Shown one piece after another: positions 1 to 8,272 of a stretch of DNA of 64,000 nt (its first letter is position 1; every line of letters starts with the position of its first letter). Under the pieces are notes generated by a model. That model worked only from the letters and a program-made list of their open reading frames with translations. It was not told where the DNA came from and did not search any database. The DNA is from Candidatus Asgardarchaeum abyssi. Its GTDB lineage: Archaea > Asgardarchaeota > Asgardarchaeia > Asgardarchaeales > Asgardarchaeaceae. A program made the translations under genes and the position numbers. The stretch covers positions 11,952-75,951 of the forward strand of contig JBECUL010000003.1 in NCBI GenBank assembly GCA_040225955.1, given 5' to 3'.

Positions 1-913
1 CCTTGGCTTGTCTCTCTATTTTTTCAATGATCTCTTCTGGAGTACCAGTTAAAGAAAACCTATCGATCATCTCATCTGTGACCAACTCTTTTGCGGCATT
101 AATATCTCCTGAGCTAATTAATTCCCGAATCTTAATAATAGCTTTAATATCCTCGCATGTTCTTTCTAAGAATTCTATAGGGTGATAGTATAATACTTGT
201 GCGACGGTTTTCTTTATCAGCTCTTTTGCCTCATTCAGATCCTTTGAAATTGAACTATAGGTCCAATGAACTATACTAAAATTAGATAGGTCTTTATTTA
301 CCTTTTTCAATCCATCCATCAAATATTTTTTAGAAATCTCAATTATTTCCTCAGAGCAGGCACTTAAAATAACCCCATCTCCCAATCTCTCTGCAAGCCT
401 AAGCATGCCAGCTCTCCTAGCACCAATGAATATAGGAATAGAAACAGGTGGATTCTTAAATTGTAGATTGCATACACTAAATGTTATACTTTTATGGGTA
501 ACTTTTTCACCGTTTAGTAATCTCCTTATTACAATAATTGAATCTTCAACAACTCTAAGGGGCGATTTCCAACTTTTGTAACAAATTGATGAGAGCGGAA
601 GTAAACCTCCCGCACCAATACCAATAACAACTCTACCATTCGATAAATCATAGAGAGTTCTAAAAGCTCTTGCTATCATGGCTGGATGGCGTGTATATGG
701 ATTACAAATTGCTGTTCCAAGAGTTATTTGTTTTGTTGAAATAGCCAAGGCCGCTAGTGTAAGAAATGTATCATTGTAACTGCCAGCCGGATTTAAATCT
801 GGAAGCATTATGCCATCAAAACCTGCTTTCTCAACAATAATTGATAACTCTATAAGCTCATTAATAGGCATTTTAGTTGATGGTCCAAATATGATCTTAA
901 TTGGCCTTTTCAC
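1..913 (-). CDS. LLM-class (Mer-like) F420-dependent oxidoreductase, 3' end runs off the window
   Basis: Not in the ORF track. Manual translation from GTG at 913 (GGTG RBS upstream): MKRPIKIIFGPSTKMPINELIELSIIVEKAGFDGIMLPDLNPAGSYNDTFLTLAALA...CNPYTRHPAMIA...GRVVIGIGAGG. Clear paralogue of 14242..15249. Confidence 0.85.
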   Translation of the reverse strand, partial: MKRPIKIIFGPSTKMPINELIELSIIVEKAGFDGIMLPDLNPAGSYNDTFLTLAALAISTKQITLGTAICNPYTRHPAMIARAFRTLYDLSNGRVVIGIGAGGLLPLSSICYKSWKSPLRVVEDSIIVIRRLLNGEKVTHKSITFSVCNLQFKNPPVSIPIFIGARRAGMLRLAERLGDGVILSACSEEIIEISKKYLMDGLKKVNKDLSNFSIVHWTYSSISKDLNEAKELIKKTVAQVLYYHPIEFLERTCEDIKAIIKIRELISSGDINAAKELVTDEMIDRFSLTGTPEEIIEKIERQAK

Positions 914-999
914 ATTATCACACCATTATAATTTTACATTTATTTCCTTACGCAAGACTTTTAATTTTTTGTCCACCACCATTTTGGGGAGAAAGTCTG

Positions 1000-1241
1000 C
1001 CTTCCGAAACAGTTAAATGTTTTATGAGCATTTGTGAGTATTGAGGTAGTGTCTGAATGTGGTGGGAGTAAAGCACCGAAAGGACACCGCAATGTGAAAG
1101 GACGCCGCGATGTGGGCTTGTGGGGTTACCCTGAACGGGGTCGAGACCGATGACTTGCTCCCTATGAACCCAGAGGGAGCTGAGGCTGATGTGGCCCAGG
1201 GTGGATGTTCGCTCACCAATGCGGACATTCACTGAACCCCC
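1000..1241 (+). mobile_element. Non-autonomous mini-element, probably IS607/IS200-IS605 (TnpB)-derived, copy 1
   Basis: ~242 bp, GC-richer than flanks, ~91% identical to 33222-33463 with unrelated flanks. Both copies follow TGCC and end GAACCCCC. Retains TnpB-like remnants (C-x-CGGSKAPKGHRNVK; RDVGLWGYPERG). Confidence 0.7.
1109..1241 (+). ncRNA. Putative omega-RNA-like structured RNA scaffold (copy 1); 5' boundary uncertain
   Basis: Hairpins 1157-1163/1174-1180 and 1201-1212/1221-1232 (with G-U pairs) are preserved in copy 2. Position at the element right end matches TnpB omega-RNAs. Confidence 0.45.
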
Positions 1242-1445
1242 AAAACACTCCTTGCATTAATAAATCAAATTATAAGTTCACTGCTCCATAATTTCCTTAT
1301 GATCCATAATAATAGTGAATATATGAAAAAAGAGCATTAGGACATAAATAATCGCAAAATTACTAAAAAGCAGATTAATAAGAGAGATAAAAAAAAGAAA
1401 AATAATTTCATTTTAGGAATTAAAGAATTAAGGAAACACAGATTG

Positions 1446-1922
1446 TTACTTATCTACTTTCTTTTCCTCTTCCTTCTCTGGTATGTTTTTTGGCTTAGTG
1501 CTACTAGACAATTTATCTAATGCTTTTATTACTCCATCGATGATAGCTTGTGGTCTAGGTGGGCAACCTGGAATATAAATGTCTACTGGGATTATTTTGT
1601 CTAGAGGTCCTGCAAATCCATAATCTTCTCCAAATATACCACCAGAGACTGCACAAGAACCAACCGCAATAACGCAAACAGGCTTAGGTGTCATCTCATA
1701 AATTCGTTTTAGTCGTTCCTTTATCGCAGTAGTTACTGGCCCAGTTACTATTAATATATCAGCATGCCTTGGGCTACCTTTCTGAATAATGCCAAAACGT
1801 TCAACATCAAATCTAGGTGTCAATGCAGCTACGACCTCTATGTCGCACGCATTACAACCTCCAGCAGGTACGTGCATTATCCATGGTGACTTTTTTCTTG
1901 CCCATGAAATAATCTTACTCAT
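1446..1922 (-). CDS. Group 4 [NiFe]-hydrogenase small subunit (NuoB/HycG/HyfI-like)
   Basis: GGCNACDIE, SPRHAD, GSC, PGCPPRP motifs. Confidence 0.9.
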   Translation of the reverse strand: MSKIISWARKKSPWIMHVPAGGCNACDIEVVAALTPRFDVERFGIIQKGSPRHADILIVTGPVTTAIKERLKRIYEMTPKPVCVIAVGSCAVSGGIFGEDYGFAGPLDKIIPVDIYIPGCPPRPQAIIDGVIKALDKLSSSTKPKNIPEKEEEKKVDK

Positions 1923-1931
1923 ATTATCACC

Positions 1932-3386
1932 TCAAAATGAATTTAATCCTGAAACCGCTTCAACGACAATAGATAGAAATATTTCTGGAAAAGCACTCGC
2001 TACAGCAATAAGTAATAGTAAAATGGCGATAGGAATAGTCATCTCTTTGGGCAACTTCTTTATGTCATCCCCATTTGCCATCACTTTTGGTTCACCGAAG
2101 AATATCATATGTGCTGCTCTTACAAAATATCCAACCGCAATCAAGCTTGCCACTATTGCCAAAATGGTTACCCAAATATAACCTGCTTTAAATGAAGCGT
2201 CGTATATTAAAAACTTACTATAGAATCCATTCAAAGGTGGTACACCGCCCATTGAAAGACCAGCTACTAGGAATGTAGTTGCTAGCAGTGGCATTTTTTT
2301 AACCAAGCCACCCATTTTTTTCATGTCTCTAGTCCCGGTTGCAAAGAATAGGGCGCCACTGATGAGAAAGAGTGTGCTTTTAAGAAGACCATGATTGAAG
2401 ATATCAAAAACGGAACCATATAATCCAATTTGTGTAGCAATACTAATTCCAAGTATAATATACCCTATCTCATCTATGCATGAATATGAAAGAAGCCTTT
2501 TTATATCTGTCTGTACCAGAGCGAATAAGGCTCCGAGAATCATAGTTGCTGTGCCAATTACAATAACAATTAGATAAAGATCTTGTGTCAAAATAGGGCT
2601 GAATGCATCAAATGTTCTTATTAGCGCAATAGCAGCGGTTTCTGTCATGATACCACCAAGAATTGCACTAATTGGAGCTGGGGCCTCAGAATATGCGTCA
2701 GGGAGCCATGTATAGAAGGGTATAATACCCGCTTTAGCTCCAAATCCGAAGAATACAGAGAGAAAGATTATTTTTATTGCCATGACATTTGTAATTGTAT
2801 TCTTATTGGCTTGCAGAAAAGAGTAGATATCATTATATGAGAATGAAGTTATGTTTAAAGTTACCATATAGGTAAGAGCTATAATTATCATTGCAGTTCC
2901 AAAACTGCAAATTATAAGGTACTTTAAACTCGCTTCAAAAGCCTCACTTGTATTCTCATGAGCTACTAGGAGTACGGAAAATATGGTTGCACCTTCTATG
3001 TATAAGTAAGTACTCAGAATATCTGCGGACATTACAGTACCTATCATTGCAAAAATGAACAAAGAATACCAGAAGTAGTATTTTTGTACCCTTTGGAGTT
3101 CTCCTTTTATAACTGGAATCGAGAAGTATGCAGCTGTTGTGGACAAAATTAAAATCAATACTGTAATAAAACTACCTAATGTATCAATGTACAAATTAAA
3201 CCAATATGTGGGATGAACTATCTTACTGTTTAACTGATATAATAGAATCAAAGAGAACACTAAAGCCCCAAGGTTCAGCAATGTTATGACTTTCCCTATA
3301 TATTCCGCCTTTTTTATGAATATTGAAGCGGCACACCCCATTAGCAGTAGTATAAAAATTGCTATAATAAATAACTCTGTCACCAC
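1932..3386 (-). CDS. Antiporter-like membrane subunit (HyfF/NuoN/MrpD-like)
   Basis: Multi-TM; KAGIIPFYTWLPDAYSEAP, DIKRLLSYS, GVPPLNGFYSK. Confidence 0.9.
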   Translation of the reverse strand: MVTELFIIAIFILLLMGCAASIFIKKAEYIGKVITLLNLGALVFSLILLYQLNSKIVHPTYWFNLYIDTLGSFITVLILILSTTAAYFSIPVIKGELQRVQKYYFWYSLFIFAMIGTVMSADILSTYLYIEGATIFSVLLVAHENTSEAFEASLKYLIICSFGTAMIIIALTYMVTLNITSFSYNDIYSFLQANKNTITNVMAIKIIFLSVFFGFGAKAGIIPFYTWLPDAYSEAPAPISAILGGIMTETAAIALIRTFDAFSPILTQDLYLIVIVIGTATMILGALFALVQTDIKRLLSYSCIDEIGYIILGISIATQIGLYGSVFDIFNHGLLKSTLFLISGALFFATGTRDMKKMGGLVKKMPLLATTFLVAGLSMGGVPPLNGFYSKFLIYDASFKAGYIWVTILAIVASLIAVGYFVRAAHMIFFGEPKVMANGDDIKKLPKEMTIPIAILLLLIAVASAFPEIFLSIVVEAVSGLNSF

Positions 3387-4003
3387 CTCAACCTCCTTAA
3401 GCTCCAGCTATCTATCGTACCAGTTTTTTGATACGTGTTTATCGCTAGGTAAAGTATAGTAACAACGATTCCAAGAAGTAAGCCATCTATGACCGTTAGT
3501 GCTAAAATCATCAAAAGTTCTGGCGCCTCATACTGGAGAGCATATAGAGAGAAAAACACATGTAGTGCACTATCGTATATTGTATATCCAATGGCCATTT
3601 TAATTAAATTGCCTTTAAGTATGAGTGCATAAGTTCCAACACCAGCCAATGCCAATGCTATTGAAAGTTTCCAATCAACTACTGGAACTGCGAATAGCAA
3701 AACTGTTACTAAACCAACGGCGAATACTAGAGCTATCACTACTGTAGCAGTACTGAAATACTTTTCTTTCTCTTTAAAATCGATCTTTTGCGCTACCTTA
3801 ATTATAAGCAAAGGTATTACAATGCCAACAACGATAAGATTTAATATACTTCCTATAATCTCACCCTCTAGTATTGTTAACAATGTTGTTAAAATACCGT
3901 AAAGAGTAAGCGTAATTGCGACTCTTTTAAAGTGAGTAAGTTCCACAGTGACAGCTGCCACAACAACAGTTATATAAATTAGAGCAAGAGTTATCTCACT
4001 CAT
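3380..4003 (-). CDS. Small membrane subunit of the hydrogenase complex (HyfE-like position)
   Basis: About 6-7 hydrophobic segments; overlaps both neighbours in the operon. Confidence 0.6.
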   Translation of the reverse strand: MSEITLALIYITVVVAAVTVELTHFKRVAITLTLYGILTTLLTILEGEIIGSILNLIVVGIVIPLLIIKVAQKIDFKEKEKYFSTATVVIALVFAVGLVTVLLFAVPVVDWKLSIALALAGVGTYALILKGNLIKMAIGYTIYDSALHVFFSLYALQYEAPELLMILALTVIDGLLLGIVVTILYLAINTYQKTGTIDSWSLRRLRW

Positions 4004-4547
4004 TGAGCATCATCCTCACTAAAATTTTTCGTCCAAGTGAAATATTCTCAACCTTTCCTCTGCAATCTGGGCACAACTCTAATTGCTTTCGTATTTCGTC
4101 TTCACTAATTTTGTGTTCTTTTAGAAGTTGTTGCATCCTTTCAAGTCCGCGATTGAACTGGGCAACAGTCATGAATGGCCTTCCGCAATTTCTGCATTTT
4201 AAAAGATCAAACTTAATTTCTATTACTTCTTCTTGAGTTGTAGAAGATGCAAGTTCGTACTCCTGAGTTAGGTGTATTCCATCTTCAGGACAAATTTCTT
4301 CACATCTTGCACAGAAAGTGCATTTCCCATAGAATAATGAAATTATTCTAACATCATCCTTATCTTCTAAACTCAATGCTCCAGATGGACATAATTGCAC
4401 ACATGCACCGCATCCGATACACTTTGATGGATCAAACTCTGGTTTCCCTCTGAATTTCTCTGGTGGTGGTGTTTTCTCAAAAGGATATTTCACCGTTGCA
4501 GGAGCTTTAAGAGCCTTAAAAACTTCAGTAATTATTTTCTTCTTCAT
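3996..4547 (-). CDS. Fe-S subunit (NuoI/HycF/HyfH-like)
   Basis: TVKYPFE, two CxxCxxCxxxCP motifs plus extra CxxC..CxxC. Confidence 0.9.
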   Translation of the reverse strand: MKKKIITEVFKALKAPATVKYPFEKTPPPEKFRGKPEFDPSKCIGCGACVQLCPSGALSLEDKDDVRIISLFYGKCTFCARCEEICPEDGIHLTQEYELASSTTQEEVIEIKFDLLKCRNCGRPFMTVAQFNRGLERMQQLLKEHKISEDEIRKQLELCPDCRGKVENISLGRKILVRMMLNE

Positions 4548-5548
4548 TATATCACCCCTAATGCAAAAAGTGTCTCACCAACAAATCCAATAATTGCTAA
4601 GGGCAATATGTATTTGAAGTAAAACTTGTATCCCTGGTCTATACGGTAGCGTGGATTAATTGTTTCAAGAAGTGTAAGTAGAAAAACAACTAGAGCACAT
4701 TTAATTAGGAATGTTATGATTGTTAGGTCTCCACCAAAGAACAATATAACTGTAAGTGCTGGAATGATAAACCACTTAAAAACATTGGCTAGTTCAAAGA
4801 TACCAAGAAGGCAACCTGAATACTCTGTTAATGGACCTGCAACTATTTCACACTCCGCCTCTGGCATATCAAAAGGTTTAATTCGCAATTTGGGAAGGAC
4901 GCATATTATAAAGACTGCAAATGTAATGAAGTGAAACACTGGAGCAAGAAAACCAAATGAGGAATTACTAGGAATCTCTAGAATGAAAGGACCATTAGAT
5001 ATTTGATATGTGAAAATGTCACTTAATCTTAAGCTCGAGACATGAAAAGCAACTGCTATCGAGGCTAAAGCAAAGGGTAATTCATAAGCTATGACAAGGT
5101 TAACTTTTCTGCTAGAGCCTATTGCAGCGTATGGTGATGGTGTACTAAAACCAGCTAGTATTTCTGCAGCCTCAATCATGGCCAGAAGGTATATTATAAG
5201 GATTAAGTCTCCATAAAATGATAATGTGAATATAGAAACCGATGGTAGGATAGATACTGGAATTGGTAACAGCCATAGAACAACTAATGCGCTGGATAGA
5301 GCCATTATAGGTGCAAATACAAAGATGAATTTATTTGCCATCGCTGGAATTATTGTTTCCTTTGCAAATAACTTAATTAGATCAGCAAATGTCTGGTACC
5401 AGGGGGGTCCTACACGTGATTGAAATCTAGCTCGTAGTTTTCTGAACTCCCACCAGAATAATGAGCCCACAATAAAAGCAAAAAGGATTCCTGGGTAGAT
5501 GAGAATACTTAATAAAAGTTCTAATGTTATTTGTATAACCATCTGCAT
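4547..5548 (-). CDS. Membrane subunit (NuoH/HycD/HyfC-like)
   Basis: ARFQSRVGPP, PFDMPEAECEIVAGPLTEYSG, PRYRIDQ. Confidence 0.92.
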   Translation of the reverse strand: MQMVIQITLELLLSILIYPGILFAFIVGSLFWWEFRKLRARFQSRVGPPWYQTFADLIKLFAKETIIPAMANKFIFVFAPIMALSSALVVLWLLPIPVSILPSVSIFTLSFYGDLILIIYLLAMIEAAEILAGFSTPSPYAAIGSSRKVNLVIAYELPFALASIAVAFHVSSLRLSDIFTYQISNGPFILEIPSNSSFGFLAPVFHFITFAVFIICVLPKLRIKPFDMPEAECEIVAGPLTEYSGCLLGIFELANVFKWFIIPALTVILFFGGDLTIITFLIKCALVVFLLTLLETINPRYRIDQGYKFYFKYILPLAIIGFVGETLFALGVI

Positions 5549-6735
5549 TATCTCCTCTTCCTCCTAAACATTTGTTCGAGTTTTTCAAATGTTACTACAT
5601 ACTCTTTGTTCTTTCTGCTATCAATAACTATAACCCTGTCTGTACATGAAAAACATGGGTCGACGCTCGCTAAGATTATAGGCACATCTGCTAATGTTTC
5701 GTCAATAAGCATCGGTTTTACAGAGGGTATATTCATATAGCTTGGTGTTCTTACTTTAACTCTTTCTGGTATATTTGTTCCGTTGGACTTTATGAAGTAG
5801 AAAAGCTCTCCTCTAGGGGCTTCACAGCGGCTCATAGCAATTCCTTCTGGAAATTCTTCAATCTCGACAGAAATAGGCCCCTCAGGAAGATCTTTAAGCG
5901 CTTGACGTATTATTTTCACAGACTCTACCATTTCATCATACCTAACTAGTACTCTTGCAAGAACATCACATGAGTCATAAACTGAGATTGACCATTCTAT
6001 TTTGTCGTAGGCGTCATATGGATCATCTTTTCTTACATCTATCGCAATGGACGAGGCTCTTGCTGTAGGACCTACCACACAGTATTTTTTCGCAGTATTT
6101 TTGTCAAGAATGCCTATTTCCTTCACACGCGCAAAAATCAATGGGTCACTCGTAAGTTCTTGTAATAATACTTTCAATGCTTTTTCTAAAGAGTCTAATT
6201 TCTCATTAATCCCTCTTGCTAAAGCAGGTGATAAGTCCCTTCGTACACCACCAAACTTGTTATATCCATAATTTACCCTATTTCCAGTTAGCATTTCGAG
6301 AATATCTTGTACAATTTCTCTATCACGCCATACATGCATGAACAATGTATCAAAGCCTATAATATGAAGCCCTACACCAAACCATAGCAAGTGGCTATGG
6401 AGTCTCTCAAGCTCAAGCATGATTGTTCTTAGATATTTCGCACGCTCAGGTATCTCAATTCCAACAAGTTCCTCGACAGTTTGACAAAATGTATTTGTGT
6501 GCACACCACTACATATACCGCACACACGTTCAAATAAGAATATATCTCTCCAATAAGTTCTACTCATTGCTATTTTTTCAATTCCTCTATGAGTATATCC
6601 TACTTTTATATCAGCATCTATGATTCTTTCACCTTCTACTTCGAGCTTAAAGTACTCTGCTTCTTTCAGTGCTGGGTGATAAGGACCAATTGGTACAATA
6701 AAAGAATGATTTTTACTCACTTTTACTACCCCCAA
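5548..6735 (-). CDS. Group 4 [NiFe]-hydrogenase large subunit
   Basis: GPYHP, GYTHRGIEK, L1 ERVCGIC and L2 DPCFSCTDR both intact, followed by a short C-terminal extension. Confidence 0.92.
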   Translation of the reverse strand: MGVVKVSKNHSFIVPIGPYHPALKEAEYFKLEVEGERIIDADIKVGYTHRGIEKIAMSRTYWRDIFLFERVCGICSGVHTNTFCQTVEELVGIEIPERAKYLRTIMLELERLHSHLLWFGVGLHIIGFDTLFMHVWRDREIVQDILEMLTGNRVNYGYNKFGGVRRDLSPALARGINEKLDSLEKALKVLLQELTSDPLIFARVKEIGILDKNTAKKYCVVGPTARASSIAIDVRKDDPYDAYDKIEWSISVYDSCDVLARVLVRYDEMVESVKIIRQALKDLPEGPISVEIEEFPEGIAMSRCEAPRGELFYFIKSNGTNIPERVKVRTPSYMNIPSVKPMLIDETLADVPIILASVDPCFSCTDRVIVIDSRKNKEYVVTFEKLEQMFRRKRR

Positions 6736-7603
6736 TAATTTCTAAAAGAGCATCCGCTTTTACTCTATGCATTTTTAACAATTCACCAACATTGGGAAAA
6801 TCAAAGGCCATTGCAAGAAGTTCCATTAGATGTATTACCGGAATACCAAACTCCTCGCCAAACATTTTTTCTATCGTTTTTTGTTCGAAGTCTAATTGGT
6901 AATAACATGCAGGGCAGGTTACTACTATACAATCCGCTCCGCTCTCCTTGATCATTTTGAATTTTTGATAAGTCAAATTCTTTAATGCAAAATTATAATC
7001 ATATTGTGATAGCGGATAGCCGCAACACATTCTTTCAGAACCATATGTTACTATTGTTGCGCCAGTGGCTTTCACCACCTCATCAAAATATCCTGGCAAT
7101 TTCCATATGTTATCAGGATCCCCAGATGTAAACAAGTGGCATCCATAGTGCATTGCAACTTTTAGGTTATTCAATGGCTTTTTAACATGCTTTTTTATTT
7201 CTTCGATGCCTATATCATTTACAAGTACCTCTAAAAAGTTTAAGACATGCGTCGTTCCTTGATATTCACGCCCAATGCTTTTTAGTCTTTCATTAATTTT
7301 CTGTTTAAGCTCAGGAGAATGCTCTAATTCAAGTTCTGTATCATGTAGGGTTTCATAACATCCATTACATATAGCCATCAAATTTTGCTTTTTCTCTTCT
7401 GCTATAGATAAGTTTCGTGCGGCTAGTGTTAGCCAGAGATCCCAATCTGCAACTTTAGATATAACTGGCTCTGGACAGCAAGAGAATCCCTCCGCATCAT
7501 TAATTTTGACTCCTAATTCCTCAAAGACTTTTCGAGATGCAACTTCAATGTTTAAAAACCTAGTAGATATCAGACATCCCCAGAAAACTATATACTCCGT
7601 CAT
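6713..7603 (-). CDS. hdrB: Heterodisulfide reductase subunit B-like CCG-domain protein
   Basis: WGC, FSCCP, LAARNL, CNGC, HYGCH, CCG, CPAC: two CCG domains. Confidence 0.88.
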   Translation of the reverse strand: MTEYIVFWGCLISTRFLNIEVASRKVFEELGVKINDAEGFSCCPEPVISKVADWDLWLTLAARNLSIAEEKKQNLMAICNGCYETLHDTELELEHSPELKQKINERLKSIGREYQGTTHVLNFLEVLVNDIGIEEIKKHVKKPLNNLKVAMHYGCHLFTSGDPDNIWKLPGYFDEVVKATGATIVTYGSERMCCGYPLSQYDYNFALKNLTYQKFKMIKESGADCIVVTCPACYYQLDFEQKTIEKMFGEEFGIPVIHLMELLAMAFDFPNVGELLKMHRVKADALLEIIGGSKSE

Positions 7604-8265
7604 TTGTACCTAAGCCCTCCTTTCTTCCAATCAAATCCAACTTTTTTATCGTACCCAACTTTTTTGATCAATTCATGAATCTCTTTTACAGATTCCTCCT
7701 TTAATGAGGCCACTGGCAGTTCTGGTGGAAGATTCATGCGTTCTCTTCTTCTTATAGTTGAGCTCGTAAATGGTATTGGCTGTCCTGTCATAATTAGTTC
7801 ACTTACTACCTTTCGATGGGGCTTTGGAACGATTCCTTCCATAGGCTTTCTAAGTGGATATTTCCCTTCAGGCCACTCATAAGGTAGAATGATTCTTCTA
7901 AAGTCTGGATGTCCATTAAATTTCAACCCGAAAAGATCATGAATCTCACGTTCGATCCAGTTTGCACCAGGTAAAATCGATGCTAATGAATCGATTTCAT
8001 TAACGTCTTTTGGGACACGCGTTCTTAAACTTATAATACTTTTATTAGCCTCAAAGTGATACAGTAATTCAAAATCTAGCCCATCGTCCACACAAGATAT
8101 TGTTATTAACCGGATGTCCTTTTCCACTAGCAATTTTGCTGCCTTTATAATCGCTGATCTTTCTATGTCAATAATATATTTTTGTTCTTTAATTTTCTGT
8201 AAGCCTGAGATATAATCGCCAAGCTCTTGTTTAAGAATCTCTATCACATCATCAGCCAACAACAT
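7600..8265 (-). CDS. NuoC/MbhK-like (30-kDa) subunit with C-terminal extension
   Basis: ANWIEREIHDLFGLKFNGHPD...WP...PLRK. Confidence 0.88.
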   Translation of the reverse strand: MLLADDVIEILKQELGDYISGLQKIKEQKYIIDIERSAIIKAAKLLVEKDIRLITISCVDDGLDFELLYHFEANKSIISLRTRVPKDVNEIDSLASILPGANWIEREIHDLFGLKFNGHPDFRRIILPYEWPEGKYPLRKPMEGIVPKPHRKVVSELIMTGQPIPFTSSTIRRRERMNLPPELPVASLKEESVKEIHELIKKVGYDKKVGFDWKKGGLRYK

Positions 8266-8272
8266 TCACCTC

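Noticed and set aside
948-1232. ORFs 948..1232(-), 1022..1228(-), 33254..33454(-) and 33329..33520(+) as real genes
   Set aside because: They lie in the repeated element, and the two copies differ by frame-shifting indels, so the reading frames are not conserved.
1000-1241. Element as tRNA, SRP RNA, RNase P RNA or CRISPR repeat
   Set aside because: No cloverleaf/TTCGA arm, no recognisable SRP or RNase P conserved motifs, and no repeat-spacer periodicity. Insertion inside a CDS argues for a mobile element.
982-1245. TTTTGGGG...CCCCAAAA 8-bp inverted repeat around copy 1 as terminal inverted repeats
   Set aside because: Absent around copy 2, so probably chance.
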